From an uncultured Verrucomicrobiae bacterium (GTDB taxonomy: Bacteria; Verrucomicrobiota; Verrucomicrobiia; Chthoniobacterales; JAATET01): a stretch of 64,000 nt of DNA. A program made the translations under genes and the position numbers. Shown here one piece after another: positions 29,419 through 38,073 of the stretch. The stretch is taken from positions 416,001-480,000 of the forward strand of contig CAVRCI010000002.1 of NCBI GenBank assembly GCA_963719495.1. Direction: 5' to 3'. Below the pieces are notes generated by a model, which saw nothing but the letters and a program-made list of their open reading frames with translations, had not been told where the DNA came from and made no database searches. Positions within the stretch are counted from its first letter, which is position 1, and each line of letters opens with the position of its first letter.

Positions 29419-29481
29419 GGTGCGGACAGGTGTCCCGTTGACACAGCCGACGAACGCCACTACCTACTTAACTCCCGCTAT

Positions 29482-31656
29482 ATGAGTGTAGGTCCGAAGC
29501 CATCCGAGAATCAGCAGGTCCATTTTTTCGATTACCTCCGGGTCGTCGCAGTTCGGTGGCCGATTATTTTAGTAATATTTTTACTGGTCGTCACGACCAC
29601 CGGCGTCCTGACGTATCTAATGCCGCGACAGTATCTAGCGAACGCCCTGATCCAAGTTCAGCAGAACGCCGATTTCGAAATTTTTCAGCGAAGTTCGGGT
29701 TCCATGGGGGTCGATCCCCGGTTTACTTCGACTCAGTTCGAGATCATCAAGAGTAAGGAAATTCTAGATCCAGTGATCGAAGAGCTTGGGCTGGCCGCCA
29801 AGTGGGCGGAGGAATACGAACTGCGTTCCCCCGCGCTCATCGCTCGAAAATTGGACAGCATGCTCGGCCTCGAGGAGGTCCGAAACACCGATCTCATCTC
29901 GATCTCGGTGCTGAGCCCGGAGAAGGCGGAGGCCGCTCTCATCGCGAATACCATCGCCGACCAGTATCAAAAGGCTCGGATCCGCGAGCAGCAGCAGTGG
30001 GTCTCTCGATCGCTCGCGACCCTTGAGGCCGAGGTCGAAAAGCAGCGCAGCAAGACCGAGAAATTTCGGCAGCTGGCCGCGGAGATTCGGGTTAAATATT
30101 CCATCAATGATCTCAATCCAGAGAGCTCCGAGGGCGAGATGCAGGCCAGCGAGCGAGTGCTGCTCTCCGTCGAGCAGGACGTTTCGACCCAACGCCTGCA
30201 GACGGCGTCGCTTCGGGCCAAATACCGGCAGCTTTCGCAGATGACGGACGACCAGATCATGCGAAGCGTGGCGACGCTCGAGATCGAGGATTCGACCATC
30301 TTGCAGATTCTCCCCCTCTATCAGGAGTCCGCATCCGAAGAGGCCCGCCTACTCAACGAGGGACTCGGCGAAAATCACCCAACGGTCAAATCGCAGCGAG
30401 CGAAGAAAGCCACTTATTGGGAGCAATTGACCAGTCAGATCGCCAGCCTTCGGACCGCCCTTGCCGTGAACCTCGCCATCGAAGAGGAGTCCCTCTCGAA
30501 CCTCGAAGAAAAGCTGAATGAGACTCGGGACGATCAGCAAAGCACGAAAACCCGGTCGGCCCAATATTCCGAAGCGAAGAACAACTACATCCAAGCCAAA
30601 AACGTCCTGGAAGCCGCGGAGACCCGCTTCTGGACGGAATCCATGCAGCGCAGCATGCCGCTGAACCCGGCCATCATTTGGAGTCGGGCCGACGTGCCGG
30701 AGTTCCCGGCGCGGCCGCGGATCTACCTCAACATGGCGCTAGGAATCTTCTTCGGGATGATCGTCGGCGTCGGTGTCGCCTTCTTCATCGAATACCTCGA
30801 CACCAGCGTGAAGACGATGGAGGACATCGAGCGCTACTTCGAGCTTCCCGTCCTGGCCGTCGTCCCTAAGGGCACCGGGATCCTCATGGACCTTCCGCCC
30901 GACGCGATGGACGCCGAGCCGTATCGAATTCTCCGCACGAACATCGAGTTCAACCGCAAGGCATCGAACGCCAAGATCATCACGCTGGTCAGCGGCGGCG
31001 CGGGCGAAGGGAAATCGACCACGCTCTCCAACCTCGCTTACACGTTCGCCCAATCCGGCTTGAAAACGCTAATCCTCGACGCCGATCTCCGTCGTCCTTC
31101 GCAGCACCGGATTTTCGGTTTTTCCAACTCCAGAGGTTTGACCGACTACCTCTCCAAGGGAGTGCTAATCGACGATCTCGTCATGGACACCAAGGTAGAG
31201 AATCTTCAACTCGTCCCGAGTGGCAAATTGCCCGCAGGTGCGATCGCGATGCTGAACTCCCGCCGCATGGCGGATCTCCTCGCCGAACTGCGCGAGAAAT
31301 TCGACATGGTTCTGGTCGACGCACCGCCAATCCTGGGCGTCAGCGACTCGTCGGTGATCGTCCGCTCCGTCGACATGACCGCCATCGTGATCCAGCACCG
31401 TCGCTTCCCGCGCGCGATGCTTGTCCGCGTGAAGGACGCCGTCCTGTCAGTCGGCGGTAATCTCCTTGGCGCCGTCCTTAACAACGTCGATATCCGGATG
31501 GACCAGTATTACCAATACCAGACCAACTATTATTCCTACCACGAAGAGGGTGGACGCGGAACCGGCGGAAGCCCGAAGCCGCCGCCAAAGAAAGCGGCGC
31601 CGAATCGCCGCGAACAATTGGTCGCAACGAAGCCGACCAGCTCAGGGGACTACTGA
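29482..31656 (+). CDS. wzc: Polysaccharide co-polymerase / tyrosine autokinase (start ATG 29482)
   Basis: Two TMs flanking coiled coil; Walker A GEGKST; DADLRRP; DAPP; Tyr cluster YYQYQTNYYSY. Confidence 0.93.
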   Translation: MSVGPKPSENQQVHFFDYLRVVAVRWPIILVIFLLVVTTTGVLTYLMPRQYLANALIQVQQNADFEIFQRSSGSMGVDPRFTSTQFEIIKSKEILDPVIEELGLAAKWAEEYELRSPALIARKLDSMLGLEEVRNTDLISISVLSPEKAEAALIANTIADQYQKARIREQQQWVSRSLATLEAEVEKQRSKTEKFRQLAAEIRVKYSINDLNPESSEGEMQASERVLLSVEQDVSTQRLQTASLRAKYRQLSQMTDDQIMRSVATLEIEDSTILQILPLYQESASEEARLLNEGLGENHPTVKSQRAKKATYWEQLTSQIASLRTALAVNLAIEEESLSNLEEKLNETRDDQQSTKTRSAQYSEAKNNYIQAKNVLEAAETRFWTESMQRSMPLNPAIIWSRADVPEFPARPRIYLNMALGIFFGMIVGVGVAFFIEYLDTSVKTMEDIERYFELPVLAVVPKGTGILMDLPPDAMDAEPYRILRTNIEFNRKASNAKIITLVSGGAGEGKSTTLSNLAYTFAQSGLKTLILDADLRRPSQHRIFGFSNSRGLTDYLSKGVLIDDLVMDTKVENLQLVPSGKLPAGAIAMLNSRRMADLLAELREKFDMVLVDAPPILGVSDSSVIVRSVDMTAIVIQHRRFPRAMLVRVKDAVLSVGGNLLGAVLNNVDIRMDQYYQYQTNYYSYHEEGGRGTGGSPKPPPKKAAPNRREQLVATKPTSSGDY

Positions 31657-31657
31657 T

Positions 31658-32317
31658 ATGAATTTCGTGATCGCGCCGCTCCGTTTCTGGTCGCCAACCC
31701 TCGCGCCCACGGTGTTCATCTCGCTGGTTGTCAGCCTCGGAGGATGCCAATCCACCAAGACCGAAGTCCCCATCTTGGATGTTGTGCGCGTTCAAGACGG
31801 AGCGGCGGGCGACGCCGTCTACCGCGGGATTCGTCTACGGACGGGCGACTTGGTCGAAATCCGGCTCGGCGGGGTGCCTCCGGATGAGACGGTTCAGGTC
31901 AACGGCGTCTACACCGTCGACAGCGAAGGCAACGTGAATATGCCCCAGATCGGCTCCGTCAGAGCCCAAGGGGAGACTCAGCAGCAACTTCAATCGGCGA
32001 TCGAGGCTAAGTATCGTGCGGCCGGGGTGTATACCACGCCGACCATCTCGGTGAGCGTCCCCTTCGAAGCTCGCTTCGTGAACGTGGGGGGCGAGGTTAG
32101 GCTTCCGCAGCGGATCTCCTACACGACCGACCTGACCGTGCTTTCCGCGATCAACGCGGCGGGCGGTTTCACGGAATACGCCGCTCAAAATCGGATGCGG
32201 TTGGTGCGCAACGGAGAAGCTCTCAGGGTCGACATGCGGCGCATTCGCCGAAACCCAGGTTTGGACATCGTGCTCGAGCCGGGGGATACGATCGAAGTGA
32301 TGCGTAGCTTCTTTTGA
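31658..32317 (+). CDS. wza: Polysaccharide export lipoprotein (OPX/Wza-like, SLBB domain); start ATG 31658
   Basis: Lipobox LGGC; VDSEGNVNMPQIG; GEVRLP; AINAAGGF; LEPGD. Confidence 0.88.
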   Translation: MNFVIAPLRFWSPTLAPTVFISLVVSLGGCQSTKTEVPILDVVRVQDGAAGDAVYRGIRLRTGDLVEIRLGGVPPDETVQVNGVYTVDSEGNVNMPQIGSVRAQGETQQQLQSAIEAKYRAAGVYTTPTISVSVPFEARFVNVGGEVRLPQRISYTTDLTVLSAINAAGGFTEYAAQNRMRLVRNGEALRVDMRRIRRNPGLDIVLEPGDTIEVMRSFF

Positions 32318-32342
32318 GCTTTCAGCTCGGGGCGGTTTTCGC

Positions 32343-32912
32343 CTAGTCCGCCGCGAGAAGTGACTTGTTTCGCAGAAGGTAGCCGAGGCCGGAGTAGACG
32401 GTCAGGATCGTCGTGACGGTGATCAGGAACGGGCTGCCGTAGACCCAAAGCGGGGCGAGTAGCTGGATGCCGGCGGGTGCCCATTCGCGGATCGCAAGAT
32501 AGACAAGGAAGAAAATGATGGTAGCGATCTGCCACGCGGTTTTGTGTTTGCCGAGCTTCTCGGCGGGGAGGATGAGGTTTTTGTTGGCGGCTAGGAGCCG
32601 GAGGCCGGTGATGAGGAACTCTCTTGCGATGATGACGATGACGACCCAGGCGGGGATGAGCTCGAAAGGAATCAGGCAGATGAAGGCGGCGGCGGTGAGG
32701 ATTTTGTCGGCGACGGGATCCATCAACTTTCCGAAGTCGGTGATGAGGTTGTGTTTTCTCGCGATGCTTCCGTCGAGGTAGTCGGTGATGCTGGCGGCGA
32801 TGAAGAGCAGAAGCGCGATCGTGTGGGCTCCTCGAACCGGGATCGTCAGACAGATGACGAATCCGGCGGTGATGAAGAGGCGCAGGACGGTGAGTTTGTT
32901 GGGCAAATTCAT
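32343..32912 (-). CDS. pgsA: CDP-diacylglycerol--glycerol-3-phosphate 3-phosphatidyltransferase
   Basis: MNLPNKLTVLR, TDYLDGSIARK, FGKLMDPVADK, AREFLITGLR. Confidence 0.95.
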   Translation of the reverse strand: MNLPNKLTVLRLFITAGFVICLTIPVRGAHTIALLLFIAASITDYLDGSIARKHNLITDFGKLMDPVADKILTAAAFICLIPFELIPAWVVIVIIAREFLITGLRLLAANKNLILPAEKLGKHKTAWQIATIIFFLVYLAIREWAPAGIQLLAPLWVYGSPFLITVTTILTVYSGLGYLLRNKSLLAAD

Positions 32913-33325
32913 GGGAATTGCGGATTTCGGATCGCGGATTGCGGATTGGTGAAGATGGGGTGCTTCCAGATGGGGGCGCGGAGCTTGAGTTGTTCGATGA
33001 TCCAGCGGCTGGCGGTGTAGGCCGGGTCGCGGTGGGCGGTGTCGACACGGACGAAAAGGGAGGGCTCGTGGGTTGGAACCACGCCGACGCGGTGGACGAG
33101 GCGGCAGCCGAGGAGGGGGTGGGTGGACGCGGCTTCGGCGACGATGCGGGCGAGTTCGGCTTCCGCCATTGTGGGGTGAAAGTGGTAGTCGATTGCCGCA
33201 ATCGGTTCGCTATTTTCGCTGGGGCGGACGATGCCGAGGAAGTCCAGACGGGCTCCGGTGCCGGGCGCGGGGTCGCCGGGAATGACGATCGGAGAGTCGG
33301 TGAGGCGGGTTTCGCAGAAGGCCAT
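32909..33325 (-). CDS. moaE: Molybdopterin synthase catalytic subunit (start probably ATG 33325)
   Basis: GA..DFLGIVR, MAE.EL, HRVG, AHR, LK..APIWK. Confidence 0.88.
   Translation of the reverse strand: MAFCETRLTDSPIVIPGDPAPGTGARLDFLGIVRPSENSEPIAAIDYHFHPTMAEAELARIVAEAASTHPLLGCRLVHRVGVVPTHEPSLFVRVDTAHRDPAYTASRWIIEQLKLRAPIWKHPIFTNPQSAIRNPQFP
32917..32948. repeat. Heptamer tandem repeat (ATTGCGG-like x4.5) in moaE 3' end
   Basis: ATTGCGG ATTTCGG ATCGCGG ATTGCGG ATTG; encodes NPQSAIRNPQ. Confidence 0.8.
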
Positions 33326-33378
33326 TGCCACTCTCGGGGCGGGGTGGCTAGGTTCTTTGTTCTCCATTTTTTCAATCA

Positions 33379-34800
33379 ATGAGCCAAAGCAACATCGGAC
33401 TAATCGGTCTCGCCGTCATGGGCGAGAATCTCGTTCTCAACATGGAAAGCAAGGGCTTTTCGGTCAGCGTTTACAACCGCACCACGGCGGTGACGGAGAA
33501 GTTCGCCGCGGGGCGCGCGAAGGGTAAAAACATCACGGCGACGAAGACGCTCAAGGAATTTGTGCAGTCGCTCGAGAAGCCGCGTAAGGCGATGATCATG
33601 GTGAAGGCTGGGAAACCGGTCGACGCGGTGATCGACCAGCTCGTGCCGCTGCTGGAGAAGGACGACATCATCATCGATGGTGGGAATTCGCTCTGGACCG
33701 ACACGCAGCGCCGCGAGGAGGCGCTTCGCGAGAAGGGGATTCACTACATGGGCTGCGGGGTATCCGGCGGCGAGGAGGGGGCGCTTTTGGGGCCTTCGAT
33801 GATGCCGGGTGGTTCGCAGCATTCCTGGGAGGCTCTGAAACCAATTTTTCAAAAAGTCGCGGCCATCGTGGAGGGTGAGCCCTGCTGCCGATTGATGGGT
33901 CCCGACGGCGCCGGGCATTACGTCAAAATGATCCACAACGGGATCGAATACGGTGATATGCAGCTCATCTGCGAAGCCTACGCCGTTCTCAAGGCGACGA
34001 TCGATCCGACCGCCGAGGAGTTCCACGAGATCTTCGCGAATTGGAACAAGGGCAAGCTGAATAGCTACCTCATCGACATCACCGAGAAGATTTTCACCAA
34101 GAAAGATCCGGAAACCGGCAAACCGATGGTCGACGTGATCATGGATCGCGCGGGTCAGAAGGGGACCGGCAAATGGACCGTCGGAAATGCGGTCGAGCAC
34201 GCCATCGTGCTTTCGACGGTGAACGCCGCCGTCGAGGCGCGCATTCTTTCCTCGATGAAGGAGAAGCGGGTCGCCGCCAGCGAGATCCTGCCGGCTCCGG
34301 AGCCGAAGAAGTTCGAAGGGGATCGCCAGCGTCTCATCGACTCGGTTGGCGACGCGCTCTACGCCAGCAAGATCGTGAGCTACGCGCAGGGGCTCGATCT
34401 CCTTGGCACGGCTGGAAAGTTCTACAACTGGGACCTCAACTTCGGCGACATCGCCACGATCTGGCGAGGCGGCTGCATCATTCGCGCCGTCTTCCTGAAT
34501 CGGATCAAAGAAGCCTACGAGGAGAATCCCGAGTTGGAGAACCTGATGCTGGCTCCTTTCTTTACCGAGATCTTCGCGAAGACTCAGGCCAATTGGCGGC
34601 ACGCCGTGATGACGGCAATCGACAACGGCGTGGCGGCTCCGGCGTTCAGCGCCTCACTGGCCTACTTCGATAGCTACCGTCAGCCGCGGCTGCCGGCGAA
34701 TCTGCTCCAGGCGCAGCGTGATTTCTTCGGCGCGCACACTTACGAACGGGTCGACAAGCCGGTTGGAGAGTTTTTCCACACCGAGTGGTTGGCGGAGTAA
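33379..34800 (+). CDS. gndA: NADP-dependent 6-phosphogluconate dehydrogenase
   Basis: GLAVMGENL, GVSGGEEGA, KMIHNGIEYGDMQ, GQKGTGKW, QAQRDFFGAHTY. Confidence 0.97.
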   Translation: MSQSNIGLIGLAVMGENLVLNMESKGFSVSVYNRTTAVTEKFAAGRAKGKNITATKTLKEFVQSLEKPRKAMIMVKAGKPVDAVIDQLVPLLEKDDIIIDGGNSLWTDTQRREEALREKGIHYMGCGVSGGEEGALLGPSMMPGGSQHSWEALKPIFQKVAAIVEGEPCCRLMGPDGAGHYVKMIHNGIEYGDMQLICEAYAVLKATIDPTAEEFHEIFANWNKGKLNSYLIDITEKIFTKKDPETGKPMVDVIMDRAGQKGTGKWTVGNAVEHAIVLSTVNAAVEARILSSMKEKRVAASEILPAPEPKKFEGDRQRLIDSVGDALYASKIVSYAQGLDLLGTAGKFYNWDLNFGDIATIWRGGCIIRAVFLNRIKEAYEENPELENLMLAPFFTEIFAKTQANWRHAVMTAIDNGVAAPAFSASLAYFDSYRQPRLPANLLQAQRDFFGAHTYERVDKPVGEFFHTEWLAE

Positions 34801-34804
34801 GAAG

Positions 34805-35347
34805 GTGCGCCCCGGTGCCCAGCAGCCAGCGAAAGGGGGGGTGAACGTTCCCCTGCTCGTGATTGTGACTTTGGCGCTGGTCGCGGTGATTGGGAGTCTC
34901 GCAATTCCGGCGGTAACAAGTGGGCCGGTTCGTGGTGACCACGTGCGGCAACTGAACAATGCGCGGCAATTTCAGATCGCGGCGCAGACGATGGCACTGG
35001 ACGGGGTCGCGCTTGGCGATCCCCGTTTGCTGTGGCCGGCTGATTCCGGGGTCACGTCTCTCGAGGAGTATTGCGACCGGATGGTCGAGGGAAGGTATCT
35101 CACCCAAAAAGATTTGGAAATGTTGGCCATCGAAGAGCACTTCGTCGTGACCAATCTTTCCAAGGAAGACCGACCGGACACGGCTTTTGTGCTGAGCAAG
35201 GCCTACTTCCAGACGGATCCACCGAAGTGGATGCCGAATGTCGTGGTCTTTCAAAAGGGTGGCGAAGGGAATTTTGCGAGGGGTTCGGAGGCACCGTTCG
35301 AGGTCGTTCTGCCGGACCGGGAGCCCGCGCTCCTGCCAGCGGACTAG
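34805..35347 (+). CDS. Hypothetical protein, degenerate pseudopilin-like (paralog 1; start uncertain, GTG 34805 or 34841)
   Basis: N-terminal hydrophobic helix ending SLAIPAV, then QLNNARQ, typical of type II/IV pilin-like helices. Confidence 0.6.
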   Translation: MRPGAQQPAKGGVNVPLLVIVTLALVAVIGSLAIPAVTSGPVRGDHVRQLNNARQFQIAAQTMALDGVALGDPRLLWPADSGVTSLEEYCDRMVEGRYLTQKDLEMLAIEEHFVVTNLSKEDRPDTAFVLSKAYFQTDPPKWMPNVVVFQKGGEGNFARGSEAPFEVVLPDREPALLPAD

Positions 35348-35355
35348 GTTTCCAG

Positions 35356-35898
35356 ATGGCGATGGAAAGTGGAACCCGACCGAGCCGATGGAAGCGGGTC
35401 CGGAATTGGCTGCTCGGGGTGGTTTTTGTGGTGCTCGGCGCCACGATCTTCCTGGTTCCGGCGGTCTTGGATTCCCTCCGGCGTGGCAGATTGGTGCGGG
35501 TCCTCAGCGCTGCCCGGCAATTTCAGATCGCGGCGCAGACGATGGCGCTGGACGGTTTCACCAAGGACGAACCGAGGTTGCTGTGGCCAGCGGACTCGGG
35601 CGTGTCTTCCGTCACAGAATATTGCGACCGGTTGATCGCCGAAAACTATCTCACTCGAAGGGACATCGAGAATCTTCAGATCAAACAACGCTTCGTGGTA
35701 ACAAATCTCTCGGGATCCGATCCTGGCGAGACGTTGTTCCTAATCACGAAAAACTATTTCGAGCGGGACCCTTCGGCACGGGAGGGCGGAATCGTCATTT
35801 TTCGGAAGGGAGGCGAGGGCAATTTTCTCACTTCGCCCGAGCCTGGGACGAATCTGGTGTTTCCGCCGCGAGAGCCGGCGGTTTTGCCGGCGGAATAG
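35356..35898 (+). CDS. Hypothetical protein, degenerate pseudopilin-like (paralog 2)
   Basis: Shares ARQFQIAAQTMALDG, LLWPADSGV, FVVTNLS, KGGEGNF with the upstream gene. Confidence 0.6.
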   Translation: MAMESGTRPSRWKRVRNWLLGVVFVVLGATIFLVPAVLDSLRRGRLVRVLSAARQFQIAAQTMALDGFTKDEPRLLWPADSGVSSVTEYCDRLIAENYLTRRDIENLQIKQRFVVTNLSGSDPGETLFLITKNYFERDPSAREGGIVIFRKGGEGNFLTSPEPGTNLVFPPREPAVLPAE

Positions 35899-35912
35899 AT
35901 TGCGGGAAATGT

Positions 35913-35966
35913 CCGGCGTTGCCGGATTGGATTGGTTCGGCGATTGCAAATCGCCGCTCCTTGGAG
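35913..35966. repeat. GGAG-headed REP-like palindrome
   Basis: Hairpin CGGCGATT-GCA-AATCGCCG followed by CTCC; related copies at 47717-47741 and 51683-51728. Confidence 0.7.
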
Positions 35967-35979
35967 TTTTTAAGCATCC

Positions 35980-36015
35980 AATCCAGTGAATCCTGTAAAT
36001 CGAGTTAATCCCGTT
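35980..36015 (-). repeat. 9-bp periodic repeat x4 (AATCCTGTA-like), inverted partner of 36964-36999
   Basis: AATCCAGTG AATCCTGTA AATCGAGTT AATCCCGTT. Confidence 0.85.
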
Positions 36016-36965
36016 TAGTTGGCTGCAATCGCCGCCAAGACTTCGGCTGCGGTCTTGAAGTGCGTTTTCGCAACCGTCGGCAGGATCTCGGGACCGTGCT
36101 TGCGGATCAAATTTGTCGCGACCGTTTTCACCTGAGCGCTTGCGCCTCTCGGCAAAGTCGTCCCGAGGCGCTTGCCGGTGGAGTCGAGCCAGTCGATAAA
36201 TTTTTCCCGAGCCAAGATCGAGGCCGCGGCGACGGCTGGGTCGGATTCCGCTTTGGTGCGTTGTTCCAGCTCGAGGCCTTGGCCGCGCTCCATGAGCGCG
36301 TTCTTGATGAGGCTCACGTGCGCGAATTTGTCGGAGAGGGCGCGCGGGCAATCGGGTCGGAGTTCGCACAGATTTTCGATGGCGCGGGCGTGGCCCCACG
36401 CGAGGAGGCGGTTGAGGTTGCCGATCTTGGTGAAGAGGGCGTTGTAGCGCTCGGGGGTGATGAGGATGACGGTTTGCGCGGTTTTGGATTTGCGAATGGC
36501 TCCGGCGAGGTCGCGGATCTTTCGGTCGGATTTGATGGCCTTGCTGTCGGTGACGCCGAGGTCGCGGAAGGCGCGCGTGGTTTTTTCGTCGGTGAAGACG
36601 CCGGCGATCACGAGCGGGCCGAAGAAATCGCCCTTGCCGGACTCGTCGATGCCGAAATGGGGAGTGAGAAGCGCGGGATCGAGCTCTTCCTCGTAGCCGA
36701 ACGCGGCCTCGCCGAGGACCTGGGGCTCAAGGGTGAACGTGATGAAATCCTCGAGGCCTTTGCCTTGGAGGAGGACCTTGGGACCCTTCTGGTAGACGGC
36801 GACGGTGAGCTTGTCCTTGCGGGCGGCGTAGTGGGTGTAGGGCTTTTCTTCGAAGTCGAAGTTCTGGGTGATCAGCGCGGCGCGGAGGGACTCGACTTGA
36901 TCGAGAGTGAGGGGTTTGGTGTAGGTCGTCACTTTCTTGATTGCGTGGATTTTCCGCCGACTCAA
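36015..36965 (-). CDS. rnhC: Ribonuclease HIII (start uncertain)
   Basis: N-terminal TBP-like domain (VAVY..G.KVLLQGK); GIDESGKGDFFGPL, DSK, KAESDPAVAAASILAR, KTHFKT. Confidence 0.93.
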   Translation of the reverse strand: MSRRKIHAIKKVTTYTKPLTLDQVESLRAALITQNFDFEEKPYTHYAARKDKLTVAVYQKGPKVLLQGKGLEDFITFTLEPQVLGEAAFGYEEELDPALLTPHFGIDESGKGDFFGPLVIAGVFTDEKTTRAFRDLGVTDSKAIKSDRKIRDLAGAIRKSKTAQTVILITPERYNALFTKIGNLNRLLAWGHARAIENLCELRPDCPRALSDKFAHVSLIKNALMERGQGLELEQRTKAESDPAVAAASILAREKFIDWLDSTGKRLGTTLPRGASAQVKTVATNLIRKHGPEILPTVAKTHFKTAAEVLAAIAAN

Positions 36966-36999
36966 CAGGATTAACTGGATTGACAGGATTGACTGGATT
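36964..36999 (+). repeat. 9-bp periodic repeat x4 (AACAGGATT-like)
   Basis: AACAGGATT AACTGGATT GACAGGATT GACTGGATT. Confidence 0.85.
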
Positions 37000-37014
37000 T
37001 TTTTTGGGCAAGAA

Positions 37015-38022
37015 GTGAGCGGAGTGAGATTTGAGGTGGCCGGCTTTCGCTCGGCGTTGGAGCAGTGGTTTGCCGAGTCGGGGCGGGACTTGCCTTGGCG
37101 TCGGACGACGGATCCTTACGCGGTGCTGGTGAGCGAGTTTATGTGCCAGCAGACGACGGTTGCGGCGGTCGTGCCCTACTTTGAGCGTTGGATGGCGCGT
37201 TGGCCGTCGGTTGCGGACCTCGCGGCGGCGAGTGAGGACGAGGTGCTCTCGGTGTGGGAGGGGCTTGGTTATTACTCCCGTGGACGAAATCTGCGGCGGG
37301 CGGCCATCGAATTGCGGGATCGTTTTGGCGGCAAGGTGCCGGCCGACTACGAGTCGTTGCGGAGCCTGCCAGGGGTGGGGGAATACACGGCAAACGCGGT
37401 TCTGGCGTTTGCCTTCGATCTGGCCGCGCCCGTGGTGGATGGCAACGTGGCGCGGGTGCTCACACGAATTTTCGATTACCGAGAGCCGATCGATTCGGGG
37501 CCGGGGAAAATTTGGCTACGGTCGACGGCGGACGAGTTGCAGGAGACTGACGCGGGTCGGGCGTTCAACTCGGCGGTGATGGAATTGGGTGCGCTCGTTT
37601 GCCGCCCGCGGTCGCCGCTTTGCTTATCGTGCCCGGTCCGCACTTGGTGTCGGACCTCGGAGGCCGAAACGCTGCCCGTCAAGCGACCGCGGGCGAAGAT
37701 CACGAAACTCACCGAACGGCGGGAATGGATCTTTGACGGCGAGGCCGTGTGGCTGACCCGGTCGGAGGGAGCGCGTTGGCGGGGCATGTGGGTGCTGCCG
37801 GGAGTGGTCGAAAGTCCAAAGTCGCAATGTCGGGATGGTTCCGCTGGTGCGGATGTCTTGTGGGTCGAGGAGTATCCGATCACTCGTTACCGGGTGCGGC
37901 TCGAGGTGGTGGCGGGGTTGGCTCGCGAGGGATTGACCCGATTTTCGTTGGATGCACTGGCGGTGTTGGCGGTGCCGGCTCCCCATCGCCGCGTCATTCG
38001 GGCGATGTTGGCTGAGTCCTGA
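37015..38022 (+). CDS. mutY: A/G-specific adenine glycosylase (start about GTG 37015)
   Basis: RDLPWR, VSEFMCQQT, WEGLGYYSR, HhH LPGVGEYTA, VDGNV, FeS motif C-x6-C-x2-C-x5-C. Confidence 0.94.
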   Translation: MSGVRFEVAGFRSALEQWFAESGRDLPWRRTTDPYAVLVSEFMCQQTTVAAVVPYFERWMARWPSVADLAAASEDEVLSVWEGLGYYSRGRNLRRAAIELRDRFGGKVPADYESLRSLPGVGEYTANAVLAFAFDLAAPVVDGNVARVLTRIFDYREPIDSGPGKIWLRSTADELQETDAGRAFNSAVMELGALVCRPRSPLCLSCPVRTWCRTSEAETLPVKRPRAKITKLTERREWIFDGEAVWLTRSEGARWRGMWVLPGVVESPKSQCRDGSAGADVLWVEEYPITRYRVRLEVVAGLAREGLTRFSLDALAVLAVPAPHRRVIRAMLAES

Positions 38023-38073
38023 CGGGCGGCAATCCGGGTTGGCGTCGAGAGCTTCGCTCCCTAGCTTTGGGTC

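Noticed and set aside
29050..29481. Possible transposase-Wzc fusion or N-terminal extension
   Set aside because: Open frame runs through the IS end in a different frame from the transposase and looks non-coding; Wzc homology starts at 29482
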